Notes under the pieces: model-generated
The model's database searches: none
What the model was told of the DNA's origin: nothing
The model's input: the letters and a program-made list of their open reading frames with translations, nothing else
Made by a program: the position numbers and the translations under genes
NCBI GenBank assembly: GCA_951406725.2
Contig: OX597820.1
Coordinates: forward strand, 64,790,001 to 64,854,000
Reading direction: 5' to 3'
Length of the DNA stretch: 64,000 bases
Source: Octopus vulgaris
Lineage: Eukaryota
Part shown: piece after piece, positions 1 to 12,952 of the stretch
Layout of the letters: each line of letters starts with the position of its first letter
Position numbering within the stretch: the first letter of the stretch is position 1

Positions 1-776
1 AATGTAATTGACTTAACTCCTTCCTTAAAATTATTGGACTTTTGCCAAAATCTGAGAACAATACTAAGGTCGATGAAATGGAATATACAGACCAAGTGTA
101 GCGTTAGATTTGATGTGATTCTGCTTTTTGATTCTTAAATTTGTGATTCAGAGTCAATATTAGAAATTAATAATACTTTTTTTTTAAAATCCAAACATTA
201 GCAAACTCCTATAATATAAATAGGGTCCACTATTTGATTGGTACTTTATTTTGTCAAAGAAACAAATATGAACTCGATAAATTGAACTGAGAAAGCAAGC
301 AGTTATAACAAAATTCTTTACTGTAATGGCTTTGAAATCCACAAATCTGAAATGGGCCGAATTGTTATTGCCTTGCACATACTGATTTGTTTTATTTAGT
401 TACGGTTGATTACGTTCTCAATGGCCCTGGAAAATATATGCTTTTCATTCTTCCAAGATCAGAAAATAAAGTACCAGACGAGTACGAGCCTTGTAATCGA
501 CTTGTCCTCTCTGCTTGTACCAAACTTAGAAAGAAATTGTATTACTAAAATGATGGCAAAATCGTTTCAACATTAGAAAAATTCTTAACATTCTATTTTT
601 GTGGTGTAGTTGGGCTCTATACGCTCTGATTTCAAATGCTACAGCGATCATCCTGGTCATCCATTTTGTGCTCGATTAAAATTAGTACCCGTCAAGTACT
701 GAGCTGCATATGATCGACTGAAACATTTCTCCCACAAGTGCTGAGTCCTGCCAAAATTTGGAAATGTTATTATTAT

Positions 777-1552
<776 letters not shown>

Positions 1553-2198
1553 TTATGACAATGTAGATGAATAAGTAGGAAATTTAGATTTCGGGAATCA
1601 ACATTTTTCTGCATTTTTGCGGCCCTTTACATTCTTCTTTCAAATACAATGAAACGGAATTTCTCTTTCGTTATTTCGGTGTCGATAACGTTAGGTACCA
1701 CTCCAGTACAACGGTCGATGGTAACCTCTAACTCTCTCCGCTCAAATTATTAGTCTCCCCGCAAAATCAGAAAATATTAGATATATCCTTGACAGTGTTA
1801 GTAGCCGCAGCAGCAGCAAACGTAGTAGTAGTAGTAGTAGCAGCAGCAGCAAGGAATTTATTTGTAGCGAACTCAGTACATTCATTTAACCTTGATTTAT
1901 CCTGCATCATTATTAAATAATAAAACATTTTATAGGCGGCATTGAAAACTGAGTATAAAAGTACTGGAATCAATAGATTAACGATCTTACTCTTTATTAT
2001 ATTACAAAATGAAAATATAGAAGTTTGAATGGGAATTATTTCAAAACTATATATATATAGGAAAACTATTTTATTGCTTGTAGTTTTATAATTAATGTGA
2101 ATGAGTTATTCCTGAAGTTATAAAATATGTATCAATATCCATGTTAGCAATAGTTTATATCGTATATGTCGTTCTTTCTCTTTCACATTTTGTGTGTG

Positions 2199-2253
2199 TA
2201 TATATATATATATATATATAAATGTATATGTATATATATATACATATATATAA

Positions 2254-2344
<91 letters not shown>

Positions 2345-2345
2345 C
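2199..2345. repeat. (TA)n microsatellite
   Basis: Read directly. Confidence 0.97.
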
Positions 2346-2829
2346 ATGCATACATACAGACACGTAGATTAATGGACATACACATATATGTATATGTATG
2401 TATAAATACATGGGTGTGCGTGTGTGTATACATGTTTGTAGGTATTTTTGTATGCATATATATACATACATAGAGACCTGTGCATAGACACACACACGCG
2501 CACGCACACAAACATACATATATATGTCTGTATATACATAGACTTGGATCTATATATCCTTGTGTTCGTGCGCCGGTGCGAATGAGTTTGCATACGTGCG
2601 CACGCGGGTGAGTATGCGTGCGTACCTGAATGGCTGATCGAATGTCTGGGCAACGAAAGCAGAAAGAGGCAGATAAACTCGTAAAGCAATAAAGATTGAA
2701 AGTTAAGCAGGATGGTGCGTTGAATGACGTGTAAATCCATCATGTCAGAGATACCCCGATAAACAGATATTTCATCTACATATCTATCTATTTATTTATC
2801 TCTCTTTCTCTCTCTCTCTCTCTCTCTTT

Positions 2830-3140
2830 GTCGTAAGGAGCTTGCTATCCAACCACATAGCCCTGGGTTAAGTCCCATTGCGAGGCACATTGGACATGTA
2901 TCTCCTCCTGTAGCCTCAGGCCCACTAAAGCCTTGTATGCATTTGGTAGACTAAAAGTGAAAGATGTCCCGTTATATATATATATATATATACACACGTG
3001 TGTGTGTAAGTATCTTTCTATGTATGTATGTATGTATGTATGTATGTATGTACGTATAAATGTGTATGTGTCTTTGCATCTGTGCCTGTTGTCCACCACT
3101 GCTTGACCACCGGTGTTGGTGTATTGTTGTCCTCGTAACA
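2830..3140 (+). mobile_element. tRNA-derived SINE, family B (CORE-like, internal microsatellite), decayed
   Basis: gcttgctatccaaccaca..gggttaagtcccattgcg..aaagccttg..atttggtagac..(TA/TG)n..gcttgaccaccggtgttggtg; aligns by eye with 11338-11672 and 63595-63993. Confidence 0.8.
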
Positions 3141-3679
3141 AATATTTATAACGATTATTTATAAGATATTAACAATGCTATTATTATCGAAGCAATATAA
3201 ATAGTTGATAATAACAGCAATATTAATATAGGTGGTTGCAGGCCTAAGAAATAGCATTATATAGCGAAAGTATTAAAATTACATTTATTATAAGGACATA
3301 TTAAAGTGTCTGCCTGCTCGAAATAAGAGTCAAAACTCTTGTTTGGACCACTAAATATATGTATATACACATGATGGTGAAATACCTAAGAGGACTGTCC
3401 ATAAGTGTTTCACCAGGTTTTGGAGGGGTTATTTTGCTCTGCAAGACAGTGAACGTTCGAGCAGCCCTACAGTTAATAATGTTATGAGAAAATCATGTAG
3501 GCTATAGTTCTTTGTATACCACCTGCTCCATTTCAATGAGACTCATAGGCCACATGATTTTAAAAAGAGTATTCTACTGGTTAATCGTTATCTTCATTAA
3601 AGCGATCCCTAAAGGGTTCGGCGTCTTCCAGCTGTATATGTAGAAGTGTTTAAACAACAATGGAACAAAGTTTTAACTG

Positions 3680-3975
3680 TTGTGTCTGGAGAGAGTCATT
3701 TTCTTTCTGTGCCTTTATTTTAACACGCTCACCGGTAAGATTTCCATTTATTTCTTATTTTTATTTTCCTAAAATTTTCGTTATATCTTACAACTTTTTC
3801 AATAGTCTTGAAAAGGTTGCAAGAAACAACAAAAATGTTAGGAAAATAAAAATAAGAAATAAGTAGAAATTGTACCGGTAAGTGTATTAATTATAAGGCA
3901 CCAAAAGACACAACAGAATATGCTTCAACACACGGACTCACGTAAAGAATCTTGCAAACCAAATCCAAAACGACA
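3680..3975. mobile_element. Penelope-like terminal-repeat foldback (about 110-120 bp inverted arms centred near 3805)
   Basis: 3680-3802 is the reverse complement of 3808-3915 (e.g. tttcttatttttattttcctaa vs ttaggaaaataaaaataagaaa). The same family, also a palindrome, recurs at 45968-46225. The Penelope assignment is inference. Confidence 0.6.
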
Positions 3976-4952
3976 TTTTTTAACTGATATACCAGATGAA
4001 ACCACATCACGACAAGAAACGCAAAGAAGGCTAGCTCTGTCCAACTGACTACATTAGCAAGGCCGATTCGAAAGACAGAACGGTAGAGTGAGTCTACAAT
4101 AAACACGCATTGGTGCTAATGAAGGTTCCCCAATGGCAAAAGCTACTGGTTTCAACTGATAAGAAAATAGTTGAAGAATAGAGTAGATGTGAATTTTTAA
4201 AAGTATTCCTATCTATAAATATGAAGTTAATTATCCAAACATCTTAACCTCATCAGCTATTGTTTTAGTATTGACGCTTGACAGGGGCCTGTGGTAATGT
4301 AATAGATTTTGTGATAGAATGTTTATCAGGGCCTACAGTTAAGTTCAGGCTATCATATTTAAAGTGATCTATGAACCATTTTTAATTTAGAGAAATTGTA
4401 ACCTCAATTAGAAGTAACGCCATTTGCGTCAATGAAAATTATCCTTCGAATTGCCAAGAGAGAAAAATCCAGATATTTCAATCAGCGGAAAGTTAAATGG
4501 AGATTTGTAGGGTAAATTTTGTATGAAGAACATTCACTGATTAAGTAAATTAAAATAATGAGACAGGAAAATTTCCCAAGACAGCTTTCTTTACGAAGAA
4601 CATAAAGTTACCTGCAGATTAGTGGTTCTGAGAATTTGGTTACCATTAAGTGGATTATGTTACACTGATGAGATGTTCAGAGACCGAAAAATGTCGCGAG
4701 TTGCCATTAAGTCTACTACACTCCTCACTATTGCTTTCCTCACTATCTATCTCTATTTAATTTTTGCTTGATTAAAATATGTCTGGAGTTACTTCACTTG
4801 CTCTTCTGAGAATAATTTTCCTGAACGCGTATTGCTGAATGTTCAAAATGTCGTTTTCGCCCCCACCATCGCCGCAGCAGTAGCAGTACCAACAGTAGTA
4901 GTAGTAGTTGATGTTTTTGTTTTTGTCGTTGTTGTTGTTGCAGCAGCAACAG

Positions 4953-5062
4953 CATTTCGTCCATCTTTTAACTCTGAGATCAAATTCGGTTGAGGTTTTC
5001 CATGATTTTGGGGTTGATGACATAAGTACCAGTTTAGTACTAGGGGCTGACGTAATCGACCA
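4953..5062 (+). mobile_element. SINE family A fragment
   Basis: catttcgtccatc..ctgagatcaaattc..taagtaccagtttagtactagggg..taatcgac. Confidence 0.7.
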
Positions 5063-5969
5063 GACGTTGTACTTATTGTAGTAGGGGTTATTATTTGTTG
5101 TAGTAATTATCGTTGCTGTTGTTGCTTTTGCTGCTGTCGTTTAACCCCATCTACGCTCTAATCGAATAGACCTCTTACGAAAGGTGACATTAGCTTGAAG
5201 CCAATGACAATCCAATCTGAATTATTCAACGTTCTTTTGTCTTAGCAGTATTATTTAGCAAGCTAAACAACCAACTGCACAGTTGGGCAGAACTGAATCC
5301 ATTATTATGAGACACATTTGATTATTCCGTAGCGTTTACCAATTCTGTCACCACAAAAATGTTCTTACGGAGAACATTGGTAACGATTTTCTGGTGGAAG
5401 ATTTTCATATTTTGGTGAGTGTGGCATGATGCTTTTTAAATATTTCATATAAGGGTCGAACCAATTACAAAGCCTTTACTTTCTTGGTCGATTGTACTGT
5501 AAAAATGAGTTAAAAGCATGCCTAGATTTCTCTTCCACTATATTATAAAGTGAGGTTTACAGAATAACATTACCCAACCGCCAATACCAACACCATCAAC
5601 AATAATTACAAAGTGAAGTAATAAATTTGAAAAAAAAATATAGCATTCGCTATAGTAACCAGGATTAGATCCTGTGCTATACAGAGTTACTAAATATGAG
5701 CAATTCCTCTTTCGCGTTTATACACCTCAATTACACCAACCAAGTTTACGTTGAGATCATGCTGCCGTCTGTACGAGAGTTCTTGAAATGGGTTCTTTTA
5801 CTTAGTCGTTCGACCAAGCTAGATCTTTGTTTTATCAAGTTGTGTGCATTAAAATATTTCAGAGGTATGTTGGGTTACTAGAAATTGGGGTATGATTAAA
5901 TGTAAATTAAATTTACTTCGTCATAGTGGGACACACGTTTTTGTTCTATTCTGGAAAACCGATGTGTTA

Positions 5970-6366
5970 TCTTTATATATAAAAGTAAGGTTGTGTATCT
6001 GTCTCCTACGATTTAGATTCCTAACTACTCCCACATTTTGCGGTGCAGTTTAACCAAAACCGGGTATCTTATAGTCGTGAGTCACATCGAGCCCTTCTGT
6101 GTATTAGCGCACGTCTACGATAAGTCTACGATTTAAAAAAATTATTACCATCATTTTTTCCATTTTAATGCATATTTTCGCTATTATATAAGGGAAGTAA
6201 CTATCTAAAAATATGTATACGATGAGTTAACGATTTAAAAAAAAATTTACCATAATTTTTTTCCATTTTTAATGCATTTTTTTGGCTATTTTTTGGCAAA
6301 CTCTCTAACAGTGCTTATATAGTTATTTCCCTTACAAACCCGAGCAACGCCGGGTGATACTGCTAG
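5970..6366 (+). mobile_element. Non-autonomous Helitron (about 397 bp)
   Basis: 5' TC (tctttatatataaaag..gtgtatctgtct), subterminal hairpin cccgagcaacgccggg at 6339-6354, 3' CTAG at 6363-6366. Inserted between A and T with no TSD and absent from the paralogous units. Confidence 0.88.
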
Positions 6367-6643
6367 TATAAAATAAAAAATGGTTGAGAAATATAAAACT
6401 AAATATCATGGCCAACTTCCGACAAAGGAGATGTGTCTGAAATAAGGAAAGGACTCGTTAGGTAACACAATTTTAAATATAGCCGCCAAAAATAGTTATT
6501 GTGTTGTGTTCATCAATGGAGAACGTATGACTAGGTAAGAATATTTTCTTTTGTTACACACTTCTACAGAGTGTTTCCCAAAATGCAAAAGTAGATAAAT
6601 TTGAAAAAAAAACAGAGAAAGAAAAGACGTAGCCAATTTTAGC

Positions 6644-6715
6644 TGCCGTGACCAGGATTCGAACCTGGGTTACCACGGCCACAACGTGGGGTCCTAACCA
6701 CTAGACGATCACGGC
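6644..6715 (-). tRNA. tRNA-His (anticodon GTG), intact
   Basis: Minus strand GCCGTGA TC GTCT AGTGGTTA GGAC C CCACG TTGTGGC CGTGG TAAC CCAGG TTCGAAT CCTGG TCACGGC A. All stems pair, A and B boxes are intact, discriminator is A and G-1 is not encoded (eukaryotic type). T-run Pol III terminators follow about 20 and 35 nt downstream. Confidence 0.96.
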
Positions 6716-7289
6716 TAACAGCTAATACACAAGCGACGCGAACAATATATTAATGATATATTTACGCTGCTGGCTATCATATTTCTTACTGCAGCCATCA
6801 ACAACATTAGCATGATTACGTGGGCGTTTTTCGATCATTCTTTTGCGCTTGTAATAGTTTGCTGTAACTTGTAGCGTTCTTCGGTCAAAAGGTAATCTAC
6901 ATGACGACAACAGCTTGCACAAACGGTAAATTGCTGGATTAAATCCGTTGCCATATCTAATTAAACCTGAGTTTAAATTCCATCCAATCCATTTTCACCT
7001 TGCTATGCTTTTCGTCAATGTCATGCTCTACCTTCGTGTCAGCTCTGATGGAACAGACTAAATATGATTAAACATGGTCTAGTCATAACTAAGCATGTCA
7101 TTTATTTAGACATCATCCATTTGATACATTGTCGAAAGCATTTCTTTTTAAGACAGTGATGGATTCTATTTTGGAAATCTAGGTATGAGCGTTCAGATTT
7201 TGCTGAACCATCTGCACAAATAATTTGCTTATTATGATCGAATGTTCGTGCCTCACATTATCTCACTCCTTCCATCAAATCGACGTTGT

Positions 7290-7445
7290 CTGTACAGGTG
7301 CACAAGTGTATCACGCATCAGGTGTTGATTTGACCCATACCAATGTGTTTTACTCAAGAGCACAACGCACCAACTGGTCGAAAGAGCTGAAACCACGATC
7401 GCTAGATCGCGAGTGCAACACCCTAACCACTAAGCCATGTGCCCT
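7290..7445 (-). mobile_element. tRNA-derived SINE, family C (ggcgcatggcttagtggttagggtg head)
   Basis: Minus strand ggcacatggcttagtggttagggtgttgcactcgcgatc..gtggtttcag..gcgttgtgctcttgagtaaaacac. Confidence 0.75.
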
Positions 7446-7733
7446 CAGTACAATTTTGAGGAAATTTAGCTGTTATTTCTCGGACGGTTCAACGAATTAT
7501 TTATTTGACATCTATTCTCTGCGTTTGTAAGATTTTTAATATGACAGCCAGGATAAATAAAGGCAACATTTCTGATCCTTTGCAAAATGTCTTCAGAATC
7601 GAAATAGATAAAGGAAAGAAGTTATGCGTAGGTCGGAAACCTGGCAAAATAACGGGCAGTAACAAAGATACCCACGAACCAGGTGGCTGGGTAACATCGG
7701 ACAATGGTGCAAATATACCATCTCTTAAAATGA

Positions 7734-7960
7734 AGGCGCTTGCCTTAGTGGTTAGGGTGTAGGACTCATGATCGTTTGATTGCAGTTTAGATTCCTGGAC
7801 CGGGCTGTGTGTTGTGTTATTGAGCAAAGCACTTCATTTCACGTTGCTCCAGTCCACTCAGCTAGCGAAAATGACTAAACCTGCGCCGTCCACAGGTGGG
7901 GTATATATGCGTCACGTAAAGTGGGCAACACTCCCGGTGAAACTACATGACTTCGAAAGG
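7734..7960 (+). mobile_element. tRNA-derived SINE, family C
   Basis: ggcgcttgccttagtggttagggtgt (A box), gtttagattcc (B box), gttgtgttattgagcaaagcacttcatttcacgttgctccagtccactcagct; matches 29350-29660 on the opposite strand. Confidence 0.8.
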
Positions 7961-8516
7961 ATCCTTATCATTTTCTGAAAACGATGGATTCCTCCATTGA
8001 ATTTCTGCACACCAGTTTCACTAATCATGTTTATGTCGAGCAGAGTCAGCAATGAGTTTCACTTTAGTTAATGTTGGATCATCTACGCAGCCGTTTAAAG
8101 AGGCAGATCCTTGTTTTATCACGGTGAAGTGTGTTAGTATTGTAGTGATGTGATGGTTGCCTGATAACAGGGAGTAATAAAGTTACTGCAAAATAAATTT
8201 TCTTTGTCCATAAGAGGGAATATCTTTTTTGTTTATTTTTGAAGTGGGACGTAGGACGAAAAGAGTGGAAAGTAAGAAGCTAGAAGTTGTAGTGAATTTT
8301 CACGGAGGGCAGCTAAGTAAATAAGTAAAGAAGGAGCCAATCGGATAATATAAATTTAGCTTTAGCTACCAAAAGACGCTTTTAGTATTTTCGAAACGGT
8401 GTCGGCATAGAGATGCAGTCCGGTGTGCTTGAGCGCCAACCAAGCATAGCATATTTTTTCGTTACAAACTATTTTTCCTAATTACCACAAATGAAAAATA
8501 AATAAACATCGTCAGC

Positions 8517-8587
8517 TGCCGTGACCAGGATTCGACCTGGGTTACCACGAACACAACGTGGGGTCCTAACCACTAGACGATCATGGC
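8517..8587 (-). pseudogene. tRNA-His(GTG) pseudogene
   Basis: Same as 6644-6715 except for a 1-nt deletion in the T-loop/B box (GGTCGAATCC), anticodon loop TTGTGTT instead of TTGTGGC, and an A4:C acceptor-stem mismatch. Confidence 0.88.
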
Positions 8588-9949
8588 CAACAGATAACAC
8601 AAAGGCATAGGTTTTCAAAATGCTCGTTATATTTACACTGCTGGTTATACTGTTTTTCAACATCAACAACATTGCTTTGCTACTCTGCAAGCGTTTTTGT
8701 GCGTTTGCGGTGGTATGCATTAACTTCTAACAGTCTTCGTTCTCGTTCAAAAACAAAAAAAAATATCTATATTCCATTAAAGGGTTGCAGAAACGGTAAA
8801 GTACCGGTCTACATACATTACCATATTTATATAATCCTCGGTTTAAATGCCTTTCTGCCCAGTTTTACTCTTTCATTTCTTTTCATCGATGTTACGTTCA
8901 AACTCCATATCAGCTCTGATAGAACAGACGAGGTGATATTAAGATATTTTCTATGCATTCCTTAGTTACTCATATATTTTATTGTCTTGGTACATCTAAA
9001 TATGTATTAGCTATTTATTAGGTTTATGTGTATCATATGCTTTGTTTTATTTTATTATCTGTTCTGATTTATCCTGGTTCCATTGATTCCTTATTTTATT
9101 TTTTCCGTAAACGTCAAATTCAGTACTGGATCGATAAAATACAAATTCAGCTCTGTTCGATAAAGTACGAAGTCTGTTTCGGATCAATAAAGTACCAACA
9201 CAGAGATTAACAATTCAATACTGGTCGATAAAATACCAATTTTGTTGTGGATTGATAAAATACAAATTATTCAGTGACCGCTTTCCTTTTTTAACACAGC
9301 AGGTTATGATATACGAGATTTGGTTGTTACTTTTGGGAAGTCGATCAGCCATATAGAATATCCATCGCTGATACGTTGACCAGATGGTTGTTAGTTATAA
9401 ATCCCTGCAATTGATTAATTAAAAGAATAATTAACACAATAAAATTATGTTCTATTAACGTTCAAATTGACTTACAAAATGGTTTCTGTATGTGCCTACT
9501 TTCGCTCTTGAATGTGTGTATGTATGAGCATATGTTTGTGTGTGTTTATGTGTGAACATATGTGTGTGTGTGGGGGGGTTGTATGATTGTCTATCTGTAA
9601 AAGTTTGGACATTTGTGAATTGTATGCGTGTGAGTATGTGTTTAAAACACGTTTAAGCTATTTCTGGTCAATTAGTGAATGGTCAAAGGTCATATTCTTC
9701 GGCTAAAACTCAGAATCGAGTACACGTAAGAAAATCTAAGGCAGAAATCAGGATGGGAAAAACTTCTGGCTTTTGAATTACAAATACAATGCATTCGAAG
9801 GGCTTCCTTAGAATTTCCCTATACGCAATTACAATTAGAATTAATGGGTCTATCCAAGATAATGGACTAGACTCTTATCCAGTTACAACGGAAATTTGAA
9901 TCGGGCACCTCACGATTATGAAGCAACCTTGTAAACCTAACTTGTCTAA

Positions 9950-9985
<36 letters not shown>

Positions 9986-10169
9986 ACTTATAAACAAGGG
10001 CAAAAGAAAATTATTTCTATGCCATATATATATATATATATATTTCTCTCATGATAACTGCCGCAGTATAGCTTGTTCTGATGGAACATCCACGTTTATA
10101 TGGAAATAAATACTACCTCACCTTATTAATACTGCGTCTATATATATATATATATATGAAGAGATAGAC

Positions 10170-10243
10170 TGACAGATAGATAGATAGACAGATAGAGAGA
10201 GACAGAGAGAGAGAGAGACAGAGAGACAGACAGACAGACAGAC

Positions 10244-10323
<80 letters not shown>
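10170..10323. repeat. (GATA)n/(GACA)n/(GA)n compound microsatellite
   Basis: Read directly. Confidence 0.97.
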
Positions 10324-10324
<1 letters not shown>

Positions 10325-10629
10325 TGTACACTCACTCATTCTTACAAAGACACAGTCATACACACACGAATTCTGATTCTTTCATTACGAAACATATATA
10401 TGTATTCCTACATACATGTAATTCCACACATTCTCATTAAATGCTTAGACTTTAATTACATTCAGTAACATTGATTATCGTATATAAAGTTTTCTGCCAG
10501 GTCGCAAGTCAATTCAGTTCACCAGAGTTCATATCGAAAGACTCACATAACGGCATGTAGATATATCTGTGTCGTTATATTCACAAATATATGAATATAT
10601 ATATTCATGTATCTTAGCACAGCCACGTG

Positions 10630-11110
10630 AGTCTTCAGATATCAAGACGTCACGAAAGAGATTCTTCACTACACGTATACGAAGCGTATATCAGAACAAA
10701 CCAGTGAAATAGAGACTACGTGGTTGTATGAATTGCCAGAAACAGCAGCCAAATTTCTCTTAAATCCCGTCCTGCCATCTTGAGCCAAGGACACACTGAA
10801 TAATTTTCCTTCAAGATATTACGAAATAGTTTCTCCACAATACACCCATACAGGATATACTTGCATGAACGAGCAAGGGACAGTGTATATTGATAGACGA
10901 TCTGCTAGAAATATCAGCTAAATTTCTCTCAAATCACATCCTTCTATCTTGAGGTAATGTTCTTTCAAATTATCAGGAAATAATTGCCCCACTATATATA
11001 CACGCAGCGTATCTTTATGAATAAACCAGTAGGAGTATATGTAGTCGCATGGTCTACAAGAAATAGCACGTAAATCTCTCTTAAATTACATCCTAAGCTT
11101 TGGATTATGT
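10630..11110 (+). repeat. Diverged tandem triplication, unit about 160 bp
   Basis: The motif agaaa(c/t)agcagc(c/t)aaat(t/c)tctct(t/c)aaat recurs at about 10738, 10908 and 11060, with similar spacer sequences. Confidence 0.7.
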
Positions 11111-11179
11111 CCTATGTCTGCTAAGACAGGGATGTTGGCCACAGGTAACATTATTTTTCTAAGGCAGTGATCGTGATTG

Positions 11180-11288
11180 TTTATTATTTCTTTATTGCCC
11201 ACAAGGGGTTAAACATACACGGGACAAACAAGGACAGACAAAGGAATGAAGTCGATTACATCGACTTCAGTGCGTAACTGGTACTTAC
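11180..11288 (-). mobile_element. SINE family A, alternative-tail subfamily, 3' fragment
   Basis: ttctttattgcccacaaggggttaaacatac..ggacaaacaaggacagac..gtcgattacatcgac..gcgtaactggtactt; matches 42645-42750. Confidence 0.75.
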
Positions 11289-11337
11289 GTCGTCGTCGTA
11301 ATCATTACTTTCATTGTTGTCATCCTCAACATCAGTA

Positions 11338-11672
11338 GGCGCAGGAGTGGCTGTGTGGTAAGTAGCTTGCTTACCAACCACATGGTTCTACTATAGCATC
11401 GGGCCCACCAAAGCCTTGTAAGTGGATTTGGTAGACAGAAACTGAAAGAAGCCATTTTATGTGTGTGTATGTGTGTGTGTGTGTGTTTGTCCCCCAACAT
11501 CGCTTGACAACCGATGCTGGTGTGTTTACGTCCCCGTAACTTAGCTGTATGGCAAAAGGGACCGATAGAATAAGTACTAGGCTAACAAAGAATAAGTCCT
11601 GGGGTCGATTTGTTCGACTACAGGCGGTGCTCCAGCATGGCCTCAGTCAAATGACTGAAACAGGTAAAAAAG
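11338..11672 (+). mobile_element. SINE family B, well preserved but lacking the B-box/CORE segment
   Basis: The head ggcgcaggagtggctgtgtggtaagtagcttgc jumps directly to tctactatagc; the rest is colinear with 63595-63993(-) up to gactgaaacaggtaaaa. Confidence 0.88.
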
Positions 11673-11689
11673 AAATAATAATAATCGCC

Positions 11690-11895
11690 AGTCGTCATCG
11701 TCATTATCAGCACCATTGTCATCGTCATCATCATTATCTTCATCGTTCTCGTCGTCGTCGTCGTTATCATCAGCATCATCGTCATCACCATCATCACCGT
11801 CGTCATCATGATCGTTATCAACATCGCCTTCATCATCGTTATTAATATCACCATCTTCACCTACAACAACAACAACGACCACAACAACAACAACA
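11690..11895. repeat. (CAT/CGT)n and (CAA)n low-complexity repeat
   Basis: Read directly; explains the His-rich and Asp-rich ORFs. Confidence 0.92.
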
Positions 11896-12525
11896 TAGAA
11901 ACAAAAGCTGCAGCAACAATTATACATGTTCGAATACACCGACAGACATTCATAAATATTCACGATATTTAAATTCGGTTCCTGGCTGCCTGAATCAACT
12001 GGAATGAAATCTATATACAATGTTAACAATGTAATTTCCACCGACTATGCGCGCGTCAAAAGAGTCATACGAAGATGGAGGTAACACATGTATATAAATA
12101 CAAGAGTATGTGTTTACATGATAGTAATATTGTGTAAGCACATTCTGAATAAATACACACATGCACATATACACATACGCACGCTGACACCCACACTCAC
12201 ATTCGCATACACAGATATTAAAGCCGTAACGAATTCAAGCATTTATCATCCTCGCCTACATATTGCTGGCAGGTATAAATCTCTCGAGTACCAAGATGTG
12301 AAATGGAATGAGTTGATATGCACAGCAAATCTACTTCAACTAACGTTCTGAGTTTGTCGCAGAACCGTGTACGCTTAATATAACGCTCGCGAGCAATCAA
12401 CATGGTCGAATATGAAACAAGTGTGGCGCTTTGAGCTGCGGCTCTAATTTATCCGATGTGCGTATGTATACGTGTGTGTGTGTGGGGGGGTGTTTGCGTG
12501 TGCGTGTGTTTGTATATGTGTGTGT

Positions 12526-12952
12526 CAGGGCCGGATAAAGACCCATCGAGGTCCTAAGCACTTAAAAAGATTTTGGTAAATCCATAAAAAATAATGTAAT
12601 TCAAAATATAAACAATAAGAAACCATGAAATAATGTTTTATTTTTCAAAACGAAACAAAAGACTAAGAGGCAAAATAATGTTTATTTTTGTATACTTCCA
12701 CATTATTTATATTTGAAAAGTTTCCTCCTACTTTTTTGAATTGCACAGTCTTTGATCAGATCCTCAAGATTAATCTTAGGTAACACATCTGCATCTATAC
12801 TTATTAGAGACAAAGGCTTCCCGAATATTATTTTAGCAAGTTTAATGTGATTTCTTTTGTGCCGTAAACATTTTACCATTTCCCTGATGCCGGCTGCTTC
12901 CCTTGATGCCTTAAGCACGTGCTTATTTTGTTTAATGGTGAATCTGGCGCTG
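12526..12952 (-). mobile_element. Non-autonomous hAT transposon retaining the transposase C-terminus
   Basis: TIRs cagggccggat / atctggcgctg; 8-bp TSD gtgtgtgt / gtgtttgt; minus-strand peptide LSLISIDADVLPKINLEDLIKDCAIQKSRRKLF resembles the end of the hAT dimerisation domain. Confidence 0.8.

Noticed and set aside
7734-7810. tRNA-like sequences at SINE heads (also 15250-15320 and 63930-63993)
   Set aside because: A and B boxes are present but there is no complete cloverleaf, and each continues into a SINE body.
9117-11110. Spaced repeats resembling a CRISPR array
   Set aside because: The repeats are degenerate, the spacers are irregular or homologous to each other, there are no cas genes, and the context is eukaryotic.
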